Positions 40,550 to 52,133 of a DNA stretch of 64,000 nucleotides are shown one piece after another. The notes under the pieces are model-generated. The model had not been told where the DNA came from. It was given only the letters and a program-made list of their open reading frames with translations, and searched no databases. The stretch spans positions 798,722 to 862,721 of the forward strand of contig CAJINV010000017.1 of the NCBI GenBank assembly GCA_905178155.1, written 5' to 3'. Positions within the stretch are counted from its first letter, which is position 1, and each line of letters starts with the position of its first letter. The stretch is from Amoebophrya sp. A120 (Eukaryota; Protista; Dinoflagellata). Position numbers and translations under genes: made by a program.

Positions 40550-42749
40550 AGAGCAAGTCCGAGGCCCTCCAATATGAAGCATGTGTACTAGTTCTTTCCT
40601 CCATTCAAAAAATTCAACTTATTTCACAAATTTACAAACGGTACTGTCTAACGGGCTTTTCTTGCTGTTGGCAGAGCTTCTACCACTCCTACTTATGTGC
40701 TTCCTGATGACAGACATCGCCAAAAAGATGTTCACCTGTGCTCGGGGGCTTTGCTGCTCCTTGAATGAGGTTTCAGTTTCACGCTGACCGTGAAATCAAA
40801 ATACTGGCTCCGCTTCATTCTCTTCTTTGCGTATAATGTCATACGTATGTTGGCCCCCGTGCTAAATCTAAAACATCCAGAATTCCGAAAGCAACCCGCG
40901 CTTGATGTTAAGGAGGAGTTTTTGCTATATTTAGTGAAATATGCAAAAAATATCCCAACCCATATTTCTACGAAATGCGCAGGCACGATACTGGTTAGAA
41001 TACAAGTGCCGCGCTATTGTATCTTCGCTTTGCTTTCTCTGTTTCCTCACTCTTGTCCCTTCTCAGGCCCCGGCCGCTCGCTGCGCGGCGGACCGGATAA
41101 ATTTTTGCTCTTGGGGTTTCATCATGTTGAACTGAAAATACAGGCCAGCTACTGGTCGGCTATTGCTGGAAGTTTCATATTTTCAGCGATAGCAGACCAG
41201 TAACTGACCTGTATGCTCAGTTGCTTGCAAGCGTTGTCCTTTTCGTGTGGTTTGCAAGTAAATTTGTGGAACCGCTGACAAAGTAGGGACGCCCCTCCTG
41301 GCCGTGTAGTGCAATAAGTGATCGCCATGCAGTGGTCGCGATAGAAGTGGGCTACCGCTCTCGTTACTGGTGCACTAGTACACGGGCACGGCAGTGCTGC
41401 GCGTCGGCTACTTTGCTCGCCTACCGTAATTACAGGTCGAGATATTTTCTGCATATGATTTTAAATATAGCAAGAACTCATCTTTAATGATGCTTTTTGC
41501 TAGTAGTAGGAGATGCAGCCGCAAGAAGACGAGGAAGAGGAAGAGCACCGGTAGACATTTTATGTAGCGCTTTCTGATGAAGACCTAGGAATAGGCTACA
41601 AGCATCTTCAAAATTATGCGTGTTTCTAGGTATGCATATTCTTGATTGCTTGTTCTAGGCTGATGTGAATACAATAATGTCTTTCCACAAATGTACCCAA
41701 CGTTGTGATGAATGTTTCGTCTCCAGTTTGAGTTTGCAAGCAGGCAAGAATGGCCATGAATAATAAATTCACCTTGGTTCCCGACCTCGAGGACCTTGCA
41801 TCAATGGCCGCTCCTGACGAGCTATTGATCTTTCACGAAGAGGAAACACTGATGCACTTACGGTTCCTTGGAATCAAAAATCAAAGTAAGGATTATAGAA
41901 GCGCCAGCCATCGAAAGATTGATAAGATTCTCGAACTGAACAGACCGGAGAGCCTGTAAGCAAGTCGGTTCGTTGTTGCTGAATAAGGTCATGTCATTTT
42001 TTGTATGAAATTTAAATTTTTAGTCTTGCGCAGGAAGAACACGGACCAGCTGCTCTTCCCTTTTTTCGTACGAGGGCTGTCTGTTGAGCAAACTGATTAC
42101 TGTCGTAAACATCCTGAAGATTCTCGGTACGAGCAATTTTTTTCATCTTCGGTTCTCGCAACTTTGTCTTCGTCTTCGTGCTACTTTTATTCGTGTTTGA
42201 TCTTTGCCAAGCAAATGGTCGGTGTTGATTGAGAGAGTTCTTTGCACGAGGAAGTTCTGCTTTTGGTGCACTAATATTCGGTCAGAGACTATGTGTATCT
42301 ATTTTTACGACTGCGGTCTACTGCTGCCTCGACGGCTGTAGCGAGGCTTTTTTGTAAGGTTTTGGTGCACGCCGTCAGCAGCTTTGTTGTTGACCGTGTC
42401 TACTAACTTTGTTAACCTGCAAGGAAGAACGATCCAACAGCAACACAATATTTGTGATTTTCACGCAGGACCTCCATTTTTTTTTCCCCCCCCCCCGCCT
42501 TTCCAAATTTTTCGTTTCTCCCCTAAAAAGATTGATCCCGGTGCATCTTTGTAGATTTGAGTTTCTTTGCTCTTTGTCGTCATCGACGTAAAACAAGAGC
42601 ACAAAAGAAGACGGATTTTCCCCGCCTAAAAAGTTCGACGTCCAGGTAGTACTAACGAAGAAAAAGAAATAACACCCCAGCACAACTAGTTCTAGTACAC
42701 CTACGCGCGAGCACTTTAGCAGTAGTACTAGAAAAGTAAGAATTAAAAA

Positions 42750-45324
42750 ATGTCCATCTTTCAGTCCTTCGGCGAGAAATTCCTCGGTCGGGCCAAGCCC
42801 GGCCTGGAGTTTATCGCGCCGCCCCAGCAGTCCACCTTCAAGGAGGGAGAAAGGGGGAAGGGCCTGTTCCGGGCGAAATCCGGGCTCACCCTGTTCCGCG
42901 AAAAGCCCGACATTGAGATGATGCGGGAGGACGACGAGTGCCTGCCCGACGACTGGGAGGTGTTGTTTGACCCGGACGTGCGCCATGAGTACTACTACAA
43001 CAAGAGGACTGGGGAGTCCACGTGGGAGCGCCCGGTCCCGATGCAGCCGCTGGTGCAGATGAAAAAGTCCCGGACCCTATCCTGAGTAAAAACGTACCCA
43101 CACCAGAGTCAGGATGAGGATTCTGCAACACAAGCCTAGGAGTTTTGTGAGTCACGCATGACAAGTTGCACTATGCAGTGTAGTGCAGGTTAGCAAGTAC
43201 AGCCGCATCACAGATTCATCTGCTCATCCTGTTCACAGCATCACAAATTCCGAAACACGACTGGAAATGGCTCTCATGGGGATGCGCATTACAAGTCTTC
43301 CTGTCTTTGCAAATCTGCATTACAACTCTGGTGTGGGGACGTTTTTACTCAGGATAGACCCCGTCCGAGGTGTCGCAGAAATCCCGGGACTCCTCCAAAC
43401 GCAATTTTTCCTACAAGGAGGAAGCGCGCAACGCACCGCCGCCCGAGGATATCAAAATGAAAAATCCCCCCTCCCCATATCAAAACGGAAATTTGTGATG
43501 CTGATTTGTGACCACAAATCGGCTTTGTATTGCAGAGAGGCACTGCGGCCAGATCCCCAGGCTAGATAGGGGCGTATGGGTCTAGTAGTTCAGCATGGCA
43601 AACGGCCCCCCTTTAGGCCCAGCAGCATGACAAATCGCTTCCATAATGGGGCGGAAGCTTCTACCCTTGTCTTCTTGCAAGACAGGCGTGATTTGTGACC
43701 TCAAATCCCCAACACAAATTTTTAGAAACATACCTTTTCAATATGGGGAGGGGGGATTTTTCCTCTCAATAGAGGATCGGGGGCGAATACCCACGGAGGG
43801 GACCTGCTTTTACCTCAACTTTTTGCACGTGGCCGCGGCGGTATGCATTGCAAATTATGTCGTGTCTGGCGCTCCGGAACGCGGAACTACAAGTTCGTGT
43901 TTGATCATGTGCTCCACGACCTGTGTGGCATAAAAAATATTCGAACAGCATCAGAAATTTTGCGAGGCTTTGCAGATTCGTTGGTATTGAATCGCATGCC
44001 ATGACAAATAACAATAACTAGTGTCTAGCGAAACCGACAATAAGTTTGGTCAATCGTATTCATCATGCATTTTTACAAATAATCTTGCTCTTGTTCTTGC
44101 TGTCCTTCACATCCCGTATCACAAATCCGGACCCATAGTACTACATATTTGCAATGCATAGGCGGAGCTGCGCAACAACCGGATCGAGCGACCGTCGAGG
44201 CAGAAGCGCCCGCTGTGGCGGGTGATCCGCCGGGAGTGCGGGGTCACGGACCAGGAAATTGCCTACTTTTTGCGAAACCCGGAAACCCCCGGCATTCCGC
44301 ACAGCGACATCCACTACGCGCTCAACACGTTCTACGACGAAAACACAAATCCGTATCCTTGGCAAAAGTAGTAGCGCGGTCACAGTGCCGACAAGAGTTG
44401 CAGTCTAGCCTAAAGACAGATACAGATGTGCTGCTGGTGTCTTTCCACCACCGGAAAAATCTAGATGCAATTTACATTTATGTACTACACTGTGATCATG
44501 ATGCTAAGTACAATTTTTGCCATGCATAATTTGAAGGAGAAGACCATTGAGGAGCTGATCAATTTTTCCCAGCAGTTCGAAAAGGAATCTGTGCTGCAAG
44601 CGCAGGCCATCTGCAAGTTCGACTATCGCAAGAAAATAAAACTGCTTCACTGTATATAAGCTTCTTGAGATGCTGCGCTTGATGCATGTATAATTAACGC
44701 AGCGGGGTTTCTTTGTATTGCTACACTTGCAATAAGAAGAGAGAGTAGATTTTCTTTGTCATGTTTTGCAAACCTTGCAGGTCCAAGAAATGAAAATCTT
44801 TGCAGTCGTGAAGCTGCACTTATTTTTGCGTGCGATATCGCCCCTCTGGACTTCATCGACGTCGTGCGCGAGCGGTGGCAGCTGACCAACCTGCCCTGCG
44901 ACAAGACTTCTCTGAACCAGATCTGCTGCGCGTTCGTCGGCATTTTGTCGTTGCGGGACGTGTATGAACTGCAAAAATGTCTGGGTCTGGAAGAGAGCAT
45001 GTTTGTCATGCTTGTCTGGCATGACTCTTAGACCTGTCATGCACGTTACCCAAGAGCCCAACTTTGCTGTCATGCAGAAATGGAGTTTGTCATGCAGAAT
45101 AGGCAACACCTAGAAGCTCAAAAGCTTGTCATGCTGAGCCAGCACTTGTGGCCTCTTTATGGTACGACACCCAGCATCACAAGTTTCCAGACCCAGACAT
45201 TTTTACAATCCATAACGTGACCGACGCCCGGCGGGTGGTGCGGGAAGAGACGGGGCCCCTGTCAACCGCGGATCCAAAAACTAAGATTCTGGCCAACCAA
45301 AATCCGCCGAAGAAGGGGCTGTGA
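42750..45324 (+). CDS. WW-domain-containing protein
   Basis: LPDDWEVLFDPDVRHEYYYNKRTGESTWERP is a canonical WW domain. Six frame-consistent introns (IE8-IE12 and GT-AG 44652-44780); stop TGA 45322-45324. Confidence 0.85.
43078..43356. mobile_element. Introner element IE8 (TIR family B), 279 bp
   Basis: 32-bp TIR tatcctgagtaaaaacgt(a/c)cccacaccagagt with 1 mismatch; TSD gaccc (43073-43077; 43357-43361). Confidence 0.95.
43450..43771. mobile_element. Introner element IE9 (TIR family C), 322 bp
   Basis: tatcaaaatgaaaaatccccctccccatat / atatggggaggggggatttttcctctcaata; TSD gagga (43445-43449; 43772-43776). Confidence 0.9.
43842..44160. mobile_element. Introner element IE10, 319 bp
   Basis: tatgcattgcaaat / atttgcaatgcata perfect 14-bp TIR; TSD ggcgg (43837-43841; 44161-44165). 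Confidence 0.92.
44354..44528. mobile_element. Introner element IE11, 175 bp
   Basis: tatccttggcaaaa / ttttgccatgcata; diverged TSD atccg/atttg; frame preserved. Confidence 0.75.
44963..45214. mobile_element. Introner element IE12 (TIR family A), 252 bp
   Basis: tatgaactgcaaaaatgtctgggtctggaa / ttccagacccagacatttttacaatccata; TSD acgtg (44958-44962; 45215-45219); same TIR core as IE1. Confidence 0.93.
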
Positions 45325-46353
45325 GGAGTAGCCGGACGAGGGACGGTAGTACTATTGTTCGGGTTTGGTCGTGCGCCAGGTGCTTCTTGTTAGCGGCAAC
45401 ATGATATGGAGAAGATCAAGAATTTGAGCGAATCGCCCTTGTCCTCACATGTGGGAGAAAAATTTGAGATGAACCAACAACAAGGCTGCACGATGAGAAC
45501 AAACTCAAACAAGAACATCGTAGTTCTCTTTGAGAATGAAGAATAAAAGCTGCAGAAGTAGCCCTTCCAATGCTTCAATAATTCTAATAAAGAGCACTGT
45601 CTTTATACTCGTGCAGGAGGTCGTGTCTGTCTCGCAGCTGCTACTGCATTTTGTGCTTCAATTAAGTACCATCACGGAAACCCCGTACAGTAGAGAGGAA
45701 AGTATACTTAGCGTTATTTACGAAGACCGAACAGGAACAAGTCGAAACCAAATACAACAAGAACTACCAAATAGGACCCACCATCCATAATGTACATTTT
45801 TTTGGAAATGGAAAGTAGAAGCTTTTTACAACTAGAACTTTCTGAACATCAGATGAAAAACAACAATATCAAACGCCTTTGAGAAGAAATCTGGGAGCTG
45901 TATTTTTCTGGAAGTCACAATTTTTATTTTTCGTCCAGCGAGGAGTAGAGGTTGGTTCGTGGCAGCACGCAACAAATGCGATGACTCCTCGCACCAGGTC
46001 GACCACGTCGCAATTCTACTGCTAAGAGTTGCTGCGTATACACCTCCTGTTCTTCTACCCTAGAATCTGGTCGTTGTTTCGTCGTTGTAACTGAAGAGCG
46101 ATCTTCTGCTGTCCCTTGTCCCCGGAGCAGGTTCTTATTCTTTGTTTTTTCTAGGACGTGCGTGGCAAAAAGAAAGATATCGTCGTCGAATCAGTCTCGG
46201 TCCGGAAACAAGTAATCTTCATACACCACGCTAGGCCTAGGTGTTCGCATTACGCACCACAAACAAAAAGAACTTCGACGAGCTAGCTAACAAGATAGAA
46301 ATTACAATTAGGTTTCTTTTTCTTATTCTTTTCCCTGTTACTGTTCGCATCGA

Positions 46354-47714
46354 ATGGTAATGGTTCTCATCGTGCCGAGAACCATTCCAGCACATGATGG
46401 CTCCTCGTTGTTGTCGTGTCAGCAAAATAAATTTCTACTTCGGTATGACCCGAAATGCGGTCGTCCGGGGTTGGAATGGGTGGAGAGGTTGGTCCTCTTT
46501 CTGCACAGCGCCAGAGCTCCTGCCAGAAGTAACTCAAAAGCGGGTGAGCAGATGAATCATCCACGACCAAAAGCAGTTCGAACCGCACTAGCACGAAGGG
46601 TTTCAGGTGAGTATGCAGTCGCTTTATCTAATGTGCTGCCTGAACGCGAAAGCCCAGACGAGCGGGAAAGGGCCTCTGCTGATGAACGACGTCGCGAACA
46701 AGGTGTTCAATTCGGCCATCATAGAAATTCAAGCTATCTCTTGCTATGCCATACGGACGCGCTGAATCACGTTGGTGACGACGAGGAGCTTTGTGCTCGG
46801 AGTCGTGACGGACGTGAAGAAGCTGAAGATGCGGATGAAGTACGAAACCAGGATCAACATCCTCAAAAAGACCACGCTGCCCAGATGGAGGAAGACGAAG
46901 ATGTAATCGCGCAAGAAGGACTAGGACGAGGACCCCGACCAGCAGATGGTGTCCGTCAAGAAGAACAGGCAGAGACAACGACCGGAGTAGAGAAAAATCA
47001 GTCTTACGCTGTGCAACAGCATCGTTCTCAATGATCGGTAAAGGAGTGGTCAATAATTATGCGTGCCGCAAAATCAAACGAAGCCGAAAACTGCAACTGG
47101 CCTCGGGATCATGCAGTGCTGGCGAGACTTCTGCACAACGGCGGTGTTCGTATTTTAGAAGGGAACGCTGTGTGATGTGCGTCTGTTATGTCAGTATACT
47201 TCCTAGTATGCGTACTGAAGACATCGGCGAAGATCATAGAGATTATGCTTTTGCACGACCAATGGATACTGGAAAGTCCAGCACGGTTGATGTTACCCCC
47301 GCACCATTCGCAGAGCGGCAGGGCTGTGGGCAGGGACAGGAGCACGATCGCAACGAACATACTCTCGTCGACTGGGATACCGTACAGGTCCTCTACCACA
47401 GAGATACTGAGGACTTGATATCGCACATCTGCCAATTACACTTCGACAGCCCGCCGGCGGAGCAAGAGTTGGGAAATGGTTGTGCTGACGACCATTATAA
47501 TTCTGTTGCCCCCGCTTCACCTGCCGCTGGCCTGATCATTCTCTTTCACCAGATGCCAACCACAACGACCGTCGCTCTGGCCCTGGCACAAGCGAAGCTT
47601 GCGGGAAGACGCGAAATCGCATTTGCCGTGCCAGAGAAAGTGGACATAGCCCGGACCACAACAGACGTGTTGCGTGCGGCGGGCTTTGTGGAGATAAAGT
47701 TACCGTCGGGTTAG
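46354..47714 (+). CDS. Hypothetical protein (two ORFs, probably joined by an intron near 47000-47240)
   Basis: Adjacent 226- and 227-aa ORFs. The 3' part (VQVLYHRDTEDLISHICQLH...GLIILF) looks like an alpha/beta domain with weak resemblance to SWSAP1-like RecA-fold proteins. Junction not resolved. Confidence 0.45.
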
Positions 47715-48618
47715 ATGTAGAAATTCTTGACGACTTCTTTTCTGCTCCTACTGACTCAAAAACAAAAATAGAACAGAACCAGCGCCAGTGGACGTAGCTG
47801 CTGTATTCTCAGCACAATTGCTTCTCGCGACTATTTCTTTTTCTTTCGTTGTAGCGGGCGCACAACTGACCACGAAGCTACTTAGTACTTGAAGCGAGGA
47901 TTTTCTCGTCGCCTTTGCTCACCGGCCCCTGTCGTTCGCGTTCAGCCTCGGGCATAGAAAACGAAGAAAAACAGCCCGCGGAGTTGTTCTTTCATCTCTG
48001 ACGAAACAAGCTAAGTCTGCAACGCCGCCCCTGTCCCCATGAAAAATTCTGTTGACGTCGGTAGAGTTGATTTAAAAGTTCTACAAACTCTCGGTAAAAA
48101 GCCAGATTGCACCACTGGCGTCTGGCGAGATGAAGAATGTAAGGATCTAGAAGATCTAGTCTGATGAGAGATTATTTTTGCAAAGGGCATGCGCATGCCT
48201 AATGTATTCATGTGGGCTCAATCTACAAGTAGAACTACATCAATCGTGGTCGCCCACCATCTGATGTACGATTTCTGTAGCCGTTTTTGTGAACAATTTC
48301 TACAAGAAAAAGCATCTGTTTCATCTTTTTGGATTTATTGTGTGAACAGGCCCTCCCTGTCCCTGTAACGATCTTCTAGTTTATTTGGCACACAGTTGGG
48401 TGCATCATCACAAACACAACTGCTGTTCACTTGTTTTCCTCATGATTTTCCTACTTCATCTACAAACGCAAGAAGCCTAACGTTGCTCATTACCGTTCTC
48501 GCAACCGAAGACCCTATATGGCTCTACTATCAGGCGTAAAATTTTTCGCGCATTACAAATCAATCCCAGTAAGAACAAACAAGACCGCAGCGACGACGTC
48601 GAGCACAGCACGAACAAA

Positions 48619-48831
48619 ATGTTGGGCATGGGCAGCAGCCAGTGGATGGACTTGTTCCTGCGCATTGGGTTTTTCATGTTCATCCTCCCTACCCTAGCCG
48701 CCTTCGTTCCCAACCTGGATCCTTTTCTCTGGGTCTTGATCGGCCTCGGCCTCATTGTCGTTTACCAGCAGCTTTTTCCAGCACCCCTAGGTGCTGCTGG
48801 TGGTGCGCCGCAGGGCACGCATCGAGACTGA
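48619..48831 (+). CDS. Small membrane protein (70 aa, two predicted TM helices)
   Basis: A-rich start context; hydrophobic segments LFLRIGFFMFILPTLAAFV and FLWVLIGLGLIVVY. Confidence 0.6.
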   Translation: MLGMGSSQWMDLFLRIGFFMFILPTLAAFVPNLDPFLWVLIGLGLIVVYQQLFPAPLGAAGGAPQGTHRD

Positions 48832-48998
48832 GGACGAACATTTTATTTGGTGGTGCGATAACACAGAGTAAAAAACACCTCGACTTCGCTCTCCCCGTCC
48901 CAAGCCAATCGGGAGTCATCTCGCCGGCCGGGAAAAAACAATTGACACCTGCCTCTTTTTGTACCCGTTGTAGTTGTTGACTTTCACCAACTGCAAAG

Positions 48999-51241
48999 AT
49001 GGGCCGCGACCGGGAGGACCCCCGTTATTGCCTGCGCAAGGCGGAGGAGGCATATGCATTGCAAGAGTGCAACATCGTACTTTCTGGTAATTGCAACACG
49101 AGCAGGACATCAGATTTCATTCAAGTTTATGAAAACTCGATTTTTGAGTTTGAAATTCTGCTGAAATTTATGAACCAAACTGAAGAACGCCAAGGTTTTG
49201 GTTCTGCTGCTTACTAGAAGTACTCGTACGATGCCCTTATTTCAGACGATACAGTCGCGGCAACCTCGATTTGGAAGTGGACTGCGGACCATTTCGTCGC
49301 CGCCAGCCAGTACGAACACGCCGCGAAGGGGTTTTTCGCCGAGGAAGACTACAACAAGGCGCGGACGTGTTGGGAAAAGAGCGCTTACCACCGCGAGAAC
49401 GACGGCGACGGCTACGGGGCGGCGCGCGCGTACGAGGAGGCCGCGAAGATTTCCCTGGATAAATTAGGAGACCTGGATGCCGGGCTGCAGCGGATGGACG
49501 CAGCGCTCCAAGCGTACACGCAACGCGGCAAGGAGGAGGCCTGTTGCCGACTGGGCGTGAAGAAGATCGAGCTACTCACGAAAGCCGCTGCCCCGGCGGC
49601 GCACATCAGCCAGGCCTTCGACGAGGCGATAAACATCCACAAAAGGTTCGAAAAATGGTACCCGTTGGGCGAGCTGTTGACGAAGTATGAAAATTTTCTC
49701 ACGTTGGAGCTGCGAAGGGAGGCCCACAAGCAGGAGCGCGTGCAGCGGGTGGCCAGAATATGCGAGGTCTTTTTGCTTTATTCAGTACTAGGCCGCTATT
49801 TTTGTGATGGTTACAATGCAGGAAGAAGAACATATTTTTCATATTCAATTTCAATGCATAATGAAAGAGGACCTGATAGAATTTGCATTTGGATTTCTCC
49901 TTTTGTACACACACCGTAGGTTCTCGACGAGCACATAAAAAACCAGTCGCGGGTCAAGCAAGGCGCCGGCCCGCAGCTCCTTGCCAAGGTGATCATCACG
50001 CTCGCAATGACGCAGGACGTTGTGCGCGTGAAGCTTTTCCTACCAACTGCAAATATATCAACCTCCGTCTACAAGAAAACAGACAGAGGACACTTGGCAT
50101 GCAGTATGGCTATGTGCATCTTCTGCGCGATGCCTTCGCGTCTGCAATGCACAGAGAGCATGACGTGTTGTTCTGTCTCTCCTGTCGTGCTGGCGTCTCC
50201 ATGCCGAGTCTACTGCGTGAGACATGCCTTTTCGACGTCTTGGAGACAACTACAATCACGCATCTTCTGGCGCTGACTGTGCAACACAAATTTTGGCCTC
50301 TTTGTCTTTCGGAACTCGCATGAGAAGCTTGCATTCTTCTGGACCCAGATGACGTATTTGCAATGCATATTTCCTGGAAGAAACCAACAATTGGACAGAG
50401 GACATGTACCGCGGGCCGAACCTCGTGGAGCTTGGGTTTCAGTTCTACGACGCCTACGTATCAGAGTGCACAACTCCCCCACGCGTCCCTCGTTTGTCGT
50501 GCAAAATACCAAATCCACTCTTCTGTATGTTGGGCTGTCGCGCTCGGCTAGCTGGCCGGGCTGTACTGATCAGGTGTGGTGGGTAGCTCCCGACTGGTTG
50601 GTACTTTTCTTGGGGCGACTTGCCGTGGTAGCGCTCGGCTTTTGTATGATGAGGTCGCCGAAAGTGCTTCCTCGTCCACCCCCCGGGGAGGGGATCCTTG
50701 ACCTGTGGTGCTGGGAGCGGGTGTCCACTACATGATGATGATGATGCACTCCTTGCCTCTTAGTCTTAGAACCATACGCATGATCAAGAGAGGCTTCCTT
50801 AGCCCAATGGGCGCTACTACAGTCTAGACGTGGATTTGTCATGCGGAAGTCCTCACAATTCAGCCACTGCTTATGCAGTTGCTGTTCATTCAAGTGAGCG
50901 GAACGAGGGAGAGTTGCCCAATTTCATATTACGACTCCCGCGACGCGAAAAAGCTGGAAAAGTTGAAACAGCGGCAGACGCTGACAATGCTGCCCCTGGA
51001 GATCTGCAAACTGGTGCAAAAGATGCAACTGGTGGGGGGAGGCAAGGTGGAAACCGGGCTCAGCGACTTCGTTGACTCGAAGGGAAACCTGCGGAGCGGG
51101 AATGAACCAAAGAGCACTTCGCCGCGGAGCGGGAATGAACCAAAAAGCCATAAACATCATCGGGGCGGCCACATCAGCCCAAGAAGCCAGAGTTCACGAA
51201 GTATGCGAAGTGGGGAGTCGGACGGACCAGACCTGTCATAG
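48999..51241 (+). CDS. NAPG: Gamma-soluble NSF attachment protein (gamma-SNAP)-like
   Basis: TSIWKWTADHFVAASQYEHAAKGF...AARAYEEAA and FYDAY|DSRD...LPLEICKL match the SNAP family/gamma-SNAP pattern; C-terminal PDLS. Introns ~49052-49245, 49767-49919, IE14, IE15. Confidence 0.78.
49053..49239. mobile_element. Decayed introner element IE13
   Basis: Left end tatgcattgcaa is identical to the IE10 TIR; right end and TSD are degenerate; removal of 49052-49240 (189 nt) keeps frame. Confidence 0.45.
50041..50369. mobile_element. Introner element IE14, 329 bp
   Basis: taccaactgcaaata / tatttgcaatgcata; TSD tttcc (50036-50040; 50370-50374); excision gives VKLF|LEETNNW in frame. Confidence 0.83.
50459..50928. 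mobile_element. Introner element IE15, 470 bp
   Basis: TAT...ATA termini with IR caactc(c/t)cc / ggagagttg; TSD ctacg (50454-50458)/ttacg (50929-50933); frame restored. Confidence 0.78.
51091..51148 (+). repeat. Coding tandem duplication, 33-bp period (RSGNEPKS x2)
   Basis: gcggagcgggaatgaaccaaa at 51091 and 51124. Confidence 0.9.
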
Positions 51242-51727
51242 CATGACACAAGAGCAATTTCTGTTTTTCCATGCTGCAAGCGACGCGTCCACGATGTCCA
51301 TCTGAACTTGAGAAGAAGTAAAGCGCAGTTTTATTTGTACGCTGTAGTGCGACTAGGACAAATGAAAGAAGAAGATGAAGAACACCCATACGAGAAACCT
51401 CTGCAAAGAAGATGGCGATCACCGCTCCTGCTGAAGTCATTCAGCATAAGTTTGAAATAGACTGAAAACTACGCTTCGCAAAAACGAAAAAAAAAAAATG
51501 AGGAAAAAAGAAAAACTTCACAGCATGCGAATATAATTGTCCGTAGTACAACACTTCACCAAGTAAGTACGACAATCGGTGTCTGTGTGTTTATCGTAAT
51601 CAAAGTTCGGAGGAGGTCCTCTCGGTCGTATCCTCGGTCTACTCCTACCGTTGCAAGAAGCCTGCAAGGAAGCAGAATGTCGTCGTTCAGCCGATAAAAT
51701 GCGTATAAAAAAGTAGGTGTAGCCCTT

Positions 51728-52133
51728 GATCTTACTTTTTTTGGGGGACAAATTGTGGTCGGGATCATCTATTGATGCATTTGCAGTTGCGGCTGACTAC
51801 TTGATCTGAGACTCAATAGATCTTCATGTAGAAATAAAAAGATCAGGATCGTCCGAAAAAGATCAACCTGAAATGTGAAGAAAGTCAGAGCCTCGAAGAT
51901 CCCAAGGTTCATTGCACAGGCTATTGGAGATCCGGATCCCGAAGGTTGACGAGATTCCGAAAAAATGATCATCCAGATCCACTTACTCGGTTGTAGCTCA
52001 ATTTATTCAGATTAGACCGATGTTGGTCACGATCTTGATCATTCCTTGCTTCACCACCCAAATGTTAGTGTGTGTGTACCACGCATTGCTCCGATCCCCT
52101 CTTGTTTCTGTGCAATGGGTCTGATCGTGGATC
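51728..52133. repeat. GATC-dense intergenic tract
   Basis: 17 GATC in 406 bp; internal 10-bp IR cattgcacag (51910-51919)/ctgtgcaatg (52108-52117). Confidence 0.7.
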
